From: Hyphomonadaceae bacterium UBA1933
GTDB taxonomy: Bacteria; Pseudomonadota; Alphaproteobacteria; Caulobacterales; Aquidulcibacteraceae
Reading direction: 5' to 3'
Assembly: GCA_002337085.1 (NCBI GenBank)
Contig: DDFH01000002.1
Location: 1 to 24,000, forward strand
DNA length: 24,000 nucleotides
A model generated the notes under the pieces. That model worked only from the letters and a program-made list of their open reading frames with translations, did no database searches and was not told the origin of the DNA. How positions within the stretch are numbered: the first letter of the stretch is position 1; every line of letters starts with the position of its first letter. The translations under genes and the position numbers were made by a program. Below, in pieces: positions 16,688 through 24,000 of the stretch.

Positions 16688-17593
16688 TTAGAAATAACCT
16701 TCGGCTTTTTTCTGTTCCATCGAGGCATTGCCATCATGGTCAATAATTCGCCCCTGTCGTTCGGAAACGCGGGAGTTGCGCATTTCGTCAACGATTTCAC
16801 TTATTGTTGTTGCATTTGATTCAACCGCGCCAGTTAATGGATAGCAGCCAAGGGTGCGGAAGCGGACAAGACGGTTTTCAATTTTTTCGCCCTTGTGCAA
16901 TTCCATACGTTCATCATCACGCATGATTAATGCGCCATCGCGCTCTATGATTGGGCGCTCTTTGGCAAAATAGAGCGGTACAACAGGGATGTTTTCACGC
17001 TGTATATATGACCAAACGTCAAATTCGGTCCAATTTGATAATGGGAATACGCGGAAAGTTTCACCTTTTCGTTTTCTTGTATTGAACAAACGCCATGGTT
17101 CAGGACGCTGATTTTTGGGATCCCATCTATGACCGGCGGCGCGGAATGAGAAAACCCGCTCCTTAGCGCGTGACTTTTCCTCGTCGCGCCGTGCGCCGCC
17201 AAATGCGGCATCAAAGCCATATTTATCAAGTGCCTGCTTTAGACCTTGGGTTTTCATAATATCGGTATGAAGGCGTGAACCATGCGTAAATGGATTGATA
17301 TTTTGTTTTATGCCGTCTTGGTTAATATGAACAATTAAATCAAGCCCAAGTTTTTTTACTGTCTCATCACGGAATTCAATCATTTCTTTAAATTTCCATG
17401 TGGTATCAACGTGTAAAAGCGGGAATGGTGGCAATGATGGGTAAAATGCCTTGATTGCAAGATGCAGCATAACCGCCGAATCCTTGCCAATTGAATATAG
17501 CATTACCGGATTTTCGGTTGCTGCTACGACTTCACGCATAATCATGATTGATTCAGCTTCGAGCCGGTCGAGATGAGATAATTGCCTGTTCAT
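16688..17593 (-). CDS. cysD: sulfate adenylyltransferase subunit 2
   Basis: 301 aa from the ATG at 17593 ([22 protein letters not shown]...), which lies 1 nt after the cysH stop. PAPS-reductase-fold motif YSIGKDSAV. The 38-aa upstream extension in the ORF track overlaps cysH. Confidence 0.9.
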   Translation of the reverse strand: MNRQLSHLDRLEAESIMIMREVVAATENPVMLYSIGKDSAVMLHLAIKAFYPSLPPFPLLHVDTTWKFKEMIEFRDETVKKLGLDLIVHINQDGIKQNINPFTHGSRLHTDIMKTQGLKQALDKYGFDAAFGGARRDEEKSRAKERVFSFRAAGHRWDPKNQRPEPWRLFNTRKRKGETFRVFPLSNWTEFDVWSYIQRENIPVVPLYFAKERPIIERDGALIMRDDERMELHKGEKIENRLVRFRTLGCYPLTGAVESNATTISEIVDEMRNSRVSERQGRIIDHDGNASMEQKKAEGYF

Positions 17594-17594
17594 T

Positions 17595-18314
17595 TTATGC
17601 TTCTTGTTTTTGGTTAATTCTTGATATTTTGCCGTCTTCAACGTGCAGACCACATTCTTTTTTGCCTGATATGCTATCTTCCCACCACCAACGCCCGGCG
17701 CGCTCATCTTCGTTCACTTTAATGGCACGTGTGCATGGGGCGCAGCCAATTGAAATAAAACCTTTGTCGTGAAGCGGGTTATAAGGAACACCAAGGGCAT
17801 GGATTTCTGCGACTACATCGTCCCGACTATAATCAATCAAAGGATTGATTTTGAAAATTTCGCGTGCGGAATCTTTTTCAATTAGTTTAATCTCTTCACG
17901 CGATTGCGATTGATCGGCACGCAGTCCTGTAAGCCACGCATCGGCACCGATTAACGCGCGATTTAATGGCTCAATTTTGCGAATTGCACAGCAGTTTTTA
18001 CGAGCCTGAAGCGAATTATAAAAACCATTTGTACCATTGGCGCGCACCCATTTTGATATTGCATCAGCCTCTGGATAAAAGCCCTTGATGGTGATGCCGT
18101 ATTTATCCTCGGTTTCCTGCCATAGGATGTGGCTCTCGTTAAATAGCCTGCCGGTATCGAGGGTCACAATCTCAATATCAAGTTTTTGGGTTGCGATATG
18201 ATGGGTCAAAAGCTGGTCTTCGATACCAAGGGAGGTGGTAAAGACAATTCGCCCATTAATATTTTCACGAATTGCCTTAAGGCGGTTAGCAAGTTTTAAT
18301 TCAAGATAATTCAT
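17595..18314 (-). CDS. cysH: adenylyl-sulfate (APS) reductase, thioredoxin-dependent, Fe-S type
   Basis: 239 aa. C-terminal KECGLH, plus the CC...CxxC cysteines ([15 protein letters not shown]) that distinguish bacterial APS reductases from E. coli-type PAPS reductase. Confidence 0.88.
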   Translation of the reverse strand: MNYLELKLANRLKAIRENINGRIVFTTSLGIEDQLLTHHIATQKLDIEIVTLDTGRLFNESHILWQETEDKYGITIKGFYPEADAISKWVRANGTNGFYNSLQARKNCCAIRKIEPLNRALIGADAWLTGLRADQSQSREEIKLIEKDSAREIFKINPLIDYSRDDVVAEIHALGVPYNPLHDKGFISIGCAPCTRAIKVNEDERAGRWWWEDSISGKKECGLHVEDGKISRINQKQEA

Positions 18315-18712
18315 TATTTATTCGCCCATCTTGCGGCAATGATTGATTGTTTTTGCCCCCCTGATTGATAGGTTTTTGTAAAAGTTTTTAACGCTGCAAA
18401 CCATTGTTCAGCGGGTTGGCGTTCCAATTGTGCATCAGAAATTTCAACCTCATCAAATCCGACATCAAGGCTTTCGGCAAATTGATCCGGTATTAATGGA
18501 CCAATTGCCCGCAAGCGTCCCGCAAAGCCCAAGAGCCGTAGGCGTTTGGCAAGGGTAAACCCGCGACCATCGGAATATGATGAAAACTCAATTCCCAAGG
18601 TTTCGGCATTATGATAAAGTGCAAAAGCATTTTCGGCATTATCAGTATTGGCGATTATGATAATTTTGCCATTGCCATTTGTTACCAAACCTTCTTTGGA
18701 AATTATTGGCAT
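18314..18712 (-). CDS. DUF934-like protein (conserved sulfite-reductase-associated, function unknown)
   Basis: 132 aa. The stretch FSSYSDGRGFTLAKRLRLLGFAGRLRAIGPLIPDQ resembles the DUF934 core. Overlaps the cysI stop by 10 nt and shares 1 nt with the cysH start. Confidence 0.65.
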   Translation of the reverse strand: MPIISKEGLVTNGNGKIIIIANTDNAENAFALYHNAETLGIEFSSYSDGRGFTLAKRLRLLGFAGRLRAIGPLIPDQFAESLDVGFDEVEISDAQLERQPAEQWFAALKTFTKTYQSGGQKQSIIAARWANK

Positions 18713-20370
18713 TTCACAACCTCCCGATTTTCATAGGCAAGGCGGAAATCACCAATTCCCACACGGCGATAGGTTTCGATAAATGTCTCACTGTCATTGC
18801 GAAGTTTTTTATAGGTATTGACGATGCGTTCAATCGTTGCCGGAATTTCTTCTGCGTCAATCCCTGGGCCAAGGCGTTCACCAATTGCCATATTTTCACC
18901 AGCATCACCGCCAATGGTGATTTGGTAATTTTCGCGGCCCGCCTTTTCAAGGCCCAAAATCCCAATATTGCCAATATGATGGTGACCACAGGCATTGATG
19001 CAGCCAGAAATTTTTATTCCCAAAGCGCCAATATCTTTTTGTAAATTGCTATCGGCAAAATGTTCGGAAATTGCTTGGGCAATAGGAATTGCGCGTGCGG
19101 TGGCAAGGGCGCAATAATCAAGCCCAGGGCAGGCGATAATATCACTTATCAAACCAATATTTGCGGTTGCAAGATTATGTTCTTTTAGTCTTGCATATAG
19201 TGCTGCAATCTTATCTTTGGAAACATTTGGCAAAACCACATTTTGGGTATGAGTAATGCGTAATTCACCCAATGAAAACTCATCAGCGATATTGGCAAGG
19301 GCATAAAGCTGTTGTGTGGTGGCATCACCCGGAATGCCACCAATTGGTTTTAATGAAACCAAAACCGCAAGATAATCATCATTTTTATGGGCAAAAGTGT
19401 TGTTTTCAACGAATGTCGCAATTTCTTTTGATGAATTAATAGCCGCATCTAATTCTGCTTGTGAATTGGTGATTTTTGGTAAATTTGGCGCTTTGAAATA
19501 TTCATTAATACGGGCGATTTCTTCTGTTGGAACATCAATTGAAGAATGATTTGATTTTGCATATTCCGCTTCAATCTGTGCAATCAATTCATCTTTGCCC
19601 GTTTCATTCAACAAGATTTTAATGCGCGCTTTATATTTATTATCGCGTCGCCCTTCGGCATTATAAACGCGTAAAACCGCCTCAAGATAGCCAAGCAAAT
19701 TTTCAATTGGCACAAATTCACGGATTATTTTGCCAATTATTGGCGTGCGACCAAGGCCGCCGCCGGCAATTACTTTTGCACCCAAGACATCGCCTTGTTT
19801 GACAATTTCAAGCCCAATATCATGCGCCCGAATTGCCGCACGGTCTGATGCTGCACCTGTAACCGCGATTTTGAATTTACGTGGTAAGTATAAAAATTCA
19901 GGGTGATTGGTTGACCATTGGCGGATTAATTCGGCGATTGGGCGCGGGTCGGTTATTTCGTCCTTTGCCACACCTGCAAGATGGTCAGCCGTAACATTGC
20001 GAATGCAATTGCCCGAAGTTTGTAGTGCGTGCATTTGCACCTTTGCCAAATCATCAAGAATTGCGCCAACGTCTTCAAGTTTTATCCAATTAAATTGGAT
20101 GTTTTGGCGGGTTGTGAAATGCCCATAACCGCGATCATATTTTTGGGCAATATCGCCCAAAACCCGCATTTGCGCACTGTTTAAAGTGCCATAAGGAATA
20201 GCAATCCGCAGCATATAAGCATGAAGCTGAAGATAAACACCATTTCTTAGGCGCAATGGGCGGAATTCTTCTTCATTTAATGAGCCATCAAGGCGGCGTG
20301 CAATTTGGCTTTTGAATTGCTCGGTACGCTCTTGGACATAAGTTGCGTCAAATTCATCATATCTATACAT
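18703..20370 (-). CDS. cysI: assimilatory sulfite reductase hemoprotein (siroheme/[4Fe-4S], NirA/CysI family)
   Basis: About 555 aa. Cluster cysteines ACPGLDYC (Cx5C) and SGCINACGHH (Cx3C). The start MYRYDEFD at 20370 has a GGAG 6 nt upstream and is preferred over the ATG at 20382. Confidence 0.9.
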   Translation of the reverse strand: MYRYDEFDATYVQERTEQFKSQIARRLDGSLNEEEFRPLRLRNGVYLQLHAYMLRIAIPYGTLNSAQMRVLGDIAQKYDRGYGHFTTRQNIQFNWIKLEDVGAILDDLAKVQMHALQTSGNCIRNVTADHLAGVAKDEITDPRPIAELIRQWSTNHPEFLYLPRKFKIAVTGAASDRAAIRAHDIGLEIVKQGDVLGAKVIAGGGLGRTPIIGKIIREFVPIENLLGYLEAVLRVYNAEGRRDNKYKARIKILLNETGKDELIAQIEAEYAKSNHSSIDVPTEEIARINEYFKAPNLPKITNSQAELDAAINSSKEIATFVENNTFAHKNDDYLAVLVSLKPIGGIPGDATTQQLYALANIADEFSLGELRITHTQNVVLPNVSKDKIAALYARLKEHNLATANIGLISDIIACPGLDYCALATARAIPIAQAISEHFADSNLQKDIGALGIKISGCINACGHHHIGNIGILGLEKAGRENYQITIGGDAGENMAIGERLGPGIDAEEIPATIERIVNTYKKLRNDSETFIETYRRVGIGDFRLAYENREVVKCQ

Positions 20371-20665
20371 TTGCCACTCCATACCGAATGGTTGGCCCGC
20401 TTTGTTTTATGCGTTCACGGAAGTGTCTGAAAATTATTTGATTATTTTCATCAATTGTAATTTCTTCGATGCTGGCATCGACGACAATGTTTTTGGCGTT
20501 TTCAATTTTTATGGTTTCGACAAGCTGCGCAACAATGGCATCATTATCGGCAATAATCGGTGATTGCAGTTCATCTAGCCAGCCAAATTTATGCCAATAA
20601 AGCACTTTGCCACTTCTTAGATCGTGTGCCAAAAGAATTGCAGGTAGTTTTAGTTTTGTGGTCAA
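20363..20665 (-). CDS. DUF2849-like small protein preceding sulfite reductase (function unknown)
   Basis: 100 aa. TTG start with an AAGGG about 8 nt upstream. The N-terminal stretch LPAILLAHDLRSGKVLYW resembles the DUF2849 pattern. Its 3' end overlaps the cysI start. Confidence 0.55.
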   Translation of the reverse strand: MTTKLKLPAILLAHDLRSGKVLYWHKFGWLDELQSPIIADNDAIVAQLVETIKIENAKNIVVDASIEEITIDENNQIIFRHFRERIKQSGPTIRYGVANV

Positions 20666-21000
20666 ATGAATGCCCTTATCAACAATTTGGTGCGCGTTAT
20701 TTTAATAATTGGCGCACATTTAACATTGCCGATTTATCGCTTCAATTTTGAACTATGGATTATCAACCTATAAACACCTTCAAATAAAGAATTAGATTCT
20801 GTTTACGTTTTTGCCGGATTTCGGGGGATTGTGACGAATTTTATTTGTAATATGGGTTTGAAACCAAACAATTAGAATTTCATTCTATTTTTTAGAGACT
20901 GTGAATTTGCAATCAAGTAACTTAAAAAAAGCCATTGCCTTTATAAAAATTTGTCGTAATCTGCATTAAATTTGTTATAACAATTTGATTCAGGGATAAA

Positions 21001-22311
21001 ATGACAAACTCACCAGATTTAAAATCCTATTGGATGCCGTTTACTGCCAATCGCCAATTTAAAAACAACCCACGTTTATTGGTTTCCGCGAGTGGGATGT
21101 ATTACACTTCGCGCGATGACCGCAAAATTTTGGATGGCACGGCGGGTCTTTGGACAGTGAATGCGGGACATGGCCGCAAAGAAATTGTTGATGCCGTTAC
21201 CAAGCAAATGTTACAGCTTGATTATGCCCCAAGTTTTCAAATGGGGCATCCAATTTCCTTTGAATTTGCCGAGAAGTTAGCACAAATTGCCCCTGATGGC
21301 TTCGGGCATGTTTTCTTTACCAATTCGGGTTCTGAAAGCGTTGAGACCGCATTAAAAATCGCACTTGCATATCATCAAGCCAAGGGGGATAGTAAGCGTG
21401 TTCGCCTTATAGGTCGTGAAAAAGCCTATCATGGGGTAAATTTTGGCGGGATTTCGGTGGGTGGTCTTGTTAATAATCGCCGTATTTTTCCGACATTGCC
21501 ATATGTAAACCATTTGCCACATACTTTATTGCCGGAAAATACCTTTACAATGGGGCAGCCGGAAAATGGTGGTTTACCGCTTGCCAAAGATGTTGAACGC
21601 ATTGCCGCCTTACATGGCCCCGAAACCATTGCAGCGGTTATTATTGAACCTGTATCCGGCTCAGCCGGCGTAATTATCCCACCAAAAGGCTATCTTGAAG
21701 AAATCCGTGCCGCTTGTGACCGTATTGGTTGCCTGCTAATTTTTGATGAGGTTATTACGGGTTATGGGCGAATGGGTAAACCCTTTGCCAGCCAGCATTA
21801 TAACGTAATGCCCGATATTTTCACCTCTGCAAAAGGGATAAATAACGGCTATTTACCAATGGGGGCCGTTTTCACCCATGATAAAATATATAATGCCTTT
21901 ATGAATGGGCCAGAGGAATTAATCGAATTATTTCATGGTTATACTTGTTCGGGGCATCCGGCGGCCTGTGCGGCGGGTCTTGCGACCGTTGATATTATGC
22001 AAAAAGAAGGTCTTTATGAGCGCGCGGGCGAATTAGACGGATATTGGCAATCTGCTGCCCATTCATTAAAGGGTGTTGAAAACGTGGTTGATATTCGTAA
22101 CGCCGGTCTTATTGCGGGTATCGAGCTTGCACCGCGTGATGGTAAAGTTGGCGCTCGTGGCTATGAAGTTTTCACCAAATGCTATGAAAAAGGTGTGCTT
22201 ATCCGTGTCACTGGCGATACAATTGCCTTATCACCGCCATTAATTATTGATAAATCCCAAATCGATCAATTATTCCAAACCATAAAGGATATGATTGAAG
22301 CGACGGAATAA
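21001..22311 (+). CDS. class-III (omega) aminotransferase, beta-alanine/omega-amino acid:pyruvate type
   Basis: 436 aa. N-terminus YWMPFTANRQFKNNPRLLVSASGMYYT...LDGTAGLWTVNAGHGR is typical of omega-amino-acid:pyruvate transaminases. DEVITGYGR motif and PLP-Lys region FTSAKG. Confidence 0.85.
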   Translation: MTNSPDLKSYWMPFTANRQFKNNPRLLVSASGMYYTSRDDRKILDGTAGLWTVNAGHGRKEIVDAVTKQMLQLDYAPSFQMGHPISFEFAEKLAQIAPDGFGHVFFTNSGSESVETALKIALAYHQAKGDSKRVRLIGREKAYHGVNFGGISVGGLVNNRRIFPTLPYVNHLPHTLLPENTFTMGQPENGGLPLAKDVERIAALHGPETIAAVIIEPVSGSAGVIIPPKGYLEEIRAACDRIGCLLIFDEVITGYGRMGKPFASQHYNVMPDIFTSAKGINNGYLPMGAVFTHDKIYNAFMNGPEELIELFHGYTCSGHPAACAAGLATVDIMQKEGLYERAGELDGYWQSAAHSLKGVENVVDIRNAGLIAGIELAPRDGKVGARGYEVFTKCYEKGVLIRVTGDTIALSPPLIIDKSQIDQLFQTIKDMIEATE

Positions 22312-22338
22312 TTATTTCAATCGCGCTGTTGTTTTTAA

Positions 22339-22365
22339 AATCCCACAAATAGTAATTGTGGGATT
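22339..22365 (+). terminator. 10-bp stem / 7-nt loop hairpin after the aminotransferase gene
   Basis: AATCCCACAA-ATAGTAA-TTGTGGGATT, 28 nt after the stop codon. A T5 run precedes it and AAAG follows, so the T-tract sits on the minus-strand side. Its terminator function on the plus strand is uncertain. Confidence 0.45.
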
Positions 22366-22464
22366 AAAGTTCTATAACTTGCAAATCAAAAAGAACGCCA
22401 ATCTATTGATTGGGCTTTCAAAGATAATAATATTGAAATAATTATTCCATTTTTGGAGATTGTC

Positions 22465-23475
22465 ATGAATAGACGCGAAATTGTTAAAATTGGTGCGGCA
22501 TCATTATTGTGTAGCGCGGCGTTTGTTAAACCGGCATTTGCGGCAAAAACATTTGAGCTATTGAACGTTTCATATGATCCAACTCGTGAACTTTATACTG
22601 CTTATAACAAATTTTTTGCGGCTTTTTGGCAAAGTAAAACTGGGCAAAATGTTATAATTCGCCAATCACATGGCGGATCTGGTAAACAGGCACGTGCGGT
22701 TATTGATGGTCTTCCTGCCGATGTGGTTACTTTGGCGCTGGCGGCGGATATTGATGAAATTGCAAAACGTTCAAAACGAATCCCTGAAAATTGGCAATCA
22801 TTATTGCCGCATAATTCATCGCCATATGTTTCAACAATTGTGTTTTTGGTGCGCAAGGGTAATCCCAAAAAAATCCGTGATTGGGGTGATTTGGTGCGCC
22901 CAGGTGTGCAGGTAATTACGCCAAACCCCAAAACATCGGGCGGCGCAAGATGGAATTATCTTGCGGCATATGGTTGGGCATTAAAAAAATATGGCAATCC
23001 ACAAAAGGCGGTGGAATATCTGCACGCGCTTTATAAAAATGTTCCGGTTCTTGATACTGGCGCACGGGGTGCAACCAATACATTTGTCGAACGCGGTATT
23101 GGCGATGTTTTACTTGCCTGGGAAAATGAGGCTTTATTGGCATTAAAAGAGCTTGACCCAAACAAATTTGAAATCATTACCCCGTCTATTTCAATCCTTG
23201 CCGAGCCACCTGTCGCAGTGGTTACAAGAAATGCCAAGAAAAAAGGTAATGAGCAGATTGCAAATATTTATTTGAAAATGCTTTATAGCGAAGAAGCACA
23301 GAATATTGCGGCAAAAAATTATTATCGTCCAATTTTGCCAAAAGTTTTTGCCAAATATTCCAAACAATTCCCAAATGTTAAAACTTTTAACATCAATGAA
23401 CTTGGTGGTTGGAGCAAGGTGCAGGCACAACATTTTGCCGATGGCGGTATTTTTGATAATATTATGAGAAAATAA
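22465..23475 (+). CDS. sbp: periplasmic sulfate/thiosulfate-binding protein
   Basis: 336 aa from the ATG at 22465, with a GGAG in the preceding TTGGAGATTGTC. Signal peptide [28 protein letters not shown]. Sbp/CysP core [13 protein letters not shown]...[27 protein letters not shown]. Confidence 0.9.
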   Translation: MNRREIVKIGAASLLCSAAFVKPAFAAKTFELLNVSYDPTRELYTAYNKFFAAFWQSKTGQNVIIRQSHGGSGKQARAVIDGLPADVVTLALAADIDEIAKRSKRIPENWQSLLPHNSSPYVSTIVFLVRKGNPKKIRDWGDLVRPGVQVITPNPKTSGGARWNYLAAYGWALKKYGNPQKAVEYLHALYKNVPVLDTGARGATNTFVERGIGDVLLAWENEALLALKELDPNKFEIITPSISILAEPPVAVVTRNAKKKGNEQIANIYLKMLYSEEAQNIAAKNYYRPILPKVFAKYSKQFPNVKTFNINELGGWSKVQAQHFADGGIFDNIMRK

Positions 23476-23533
23476 CTTTGCCTTATAATTTATTGGTATA
23501 AATTATCAGAATATTTTAAAATAGGACGATAAA

Positions 23534-24000
23534 ATGGCCAAGGAATTTGATGACATTTATACAGAGCCAGAGGATGTGGATCCAAACACTTTGGATAATT
23601 TGGGGCCATTGAGTCGCCTTGCTGGCATTTGGGAAGGGGTAAAGGGTTCAGATACCAGCCCCAAAGAAGACGGCCCCGAAACCCGCAAATATAAAGAACG
23701 TATTGAATTCTATCCCATCGACCCACAGGCAAATGGGCCACAGCTTTTTTATGGTCTAAGATATCATGTCAAAGTTAATACCGATGAAGAGATAATAACT
23801 TTCCACGATCAGGTTGGTTATTGGCTTTGGGAACCCGCCACAGGCTTGGTTTTGCATACAATTGCTATTCCGCGTGGTTTGGTGGCGATTGCATCGGGGC
23901 ATGCCAAAGCAGATGATAAAAAACTAAAACTAAAAGCGATACGTGGCGAAACCGAATATGGAATTTGCGCCACAACTTTCCTTGAACAGGCGTTTAAAAC
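23534..24000 (+). CDS. nitrobindin/THAP4-like heme-binding beta-barrel (DUF1794-like) protein, 3'-truncated by the window edge
   Basis: My own translation of the open frame from the ATG at 23534 (AGGA 7 nt upstream) gives MAKEFDDIYTEPEDVDPNTLDNLGPLSRLAGIWEGVKGSD...LFYGLRYHVKVNTDEEIITFHDQVGYWLWEP... It is open to the window end and absent from the ORF track because it has no stop. The LAGxWEG...H-x-Q/E-x-GYW pattern resembles this family. Confidence 0.5.
   Translation, partial: MAKEFDDIYTEPEDVDPNTLDNLGPLSRLAGIWEGVKGSDTSPKEDGPETRKYKERIEFYPIDPQANGPQLFYGLRYHVKVNTDEEIITFHDQVGYWLWEPATGLVLHTIAIPRGLVAIASGHAKADDKKLKLKAIRGETEYGICATTFLEQAFK

Noticed and set aside
16688-17707. 339-aa version of cysD starting at 17707.
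   Set aside because: The first 38 codons overlap the 3' end of cysH and are unlike CysD N-termini. The ATG at 17593 lies directly after the cysH stop and gives the normal length of about 300 aa.
20560-20751. 63-aa plus-strand ORF spanning the cys operon start region.
   Set aside because: It overlaps the DUF2849-like gene start and promoter region, has no RBS and has no recognisable features.
1-24000. Signs that the phenol cluster is a mobile island (IS elements, integrase, tRNA attachment site, direct repeats, abrupt composition shift).
   Set aside because: Reading the window revealed none of these. The composition of the two blocks looks similar by eye. This does not exclude mobility signals outside the window.

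Overview
The window carries two unrelated, tightly packed metabolic blocks that converge at about 13.6 kb, plus three more genes at the right end. No rRNA, tRNA, CRISPR array, transposase or integrase was seen. The DNA looks fairly AT-rich by eye.

Block 1 (1-13580) is a complete multicomponent phenol hydroxylase plus catechol meta-cleavage cluster of the dmp/xyl type, with a non-canonical layout. dmpF-dmpG and a CatR/BenM-like LysR regulator lie on the minus strand. They are divergent from dmpQ-dmpB-dmpC-dmpE-dmpH, an atypical SDR and a tandem-fused 4-oxalocrotonate tautomerase. A 209-nt gap follows, then dmpKLMNOP. No hydrolase (dmpD/xylF) and no NtrC/DmpR-type regulator is present. All three non-coding gaps contain the same roughly 68-nt module, ATAC-N7-GTAT dyad, 18 nt, GTATT half-site, then a -10-like element. 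I read this as a three-promoter LysR regulon.

Block 2 (13627-20665, minus strand) is a translationally coupled assimilatory sulfate reduction operon. Its order is DUF2849-like, cysI, DUF934-like, cysH (APS-reductase type), cysD, cysN (with a DUF2061-like hydrophobic C-terminal tail), cysG. It has no cysC and no cysJ. This synteny is typical of Alphaproteobacteria, which is an inference.

The right end holds a class-III omega-aminotransferase, an orphan sulfate-binding protein gene (sbp) and the 5' part of a nitrobindin-like beta-barrel gene.

The most interesting items are the conserved LysR promoter module, the fused 4-OT whose catalytic residues are split between its two halves, the SDR with no YxxxK motif, and the membrane-tail CysN. 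All family assignments come from motif recognition by eye. No database search was run.
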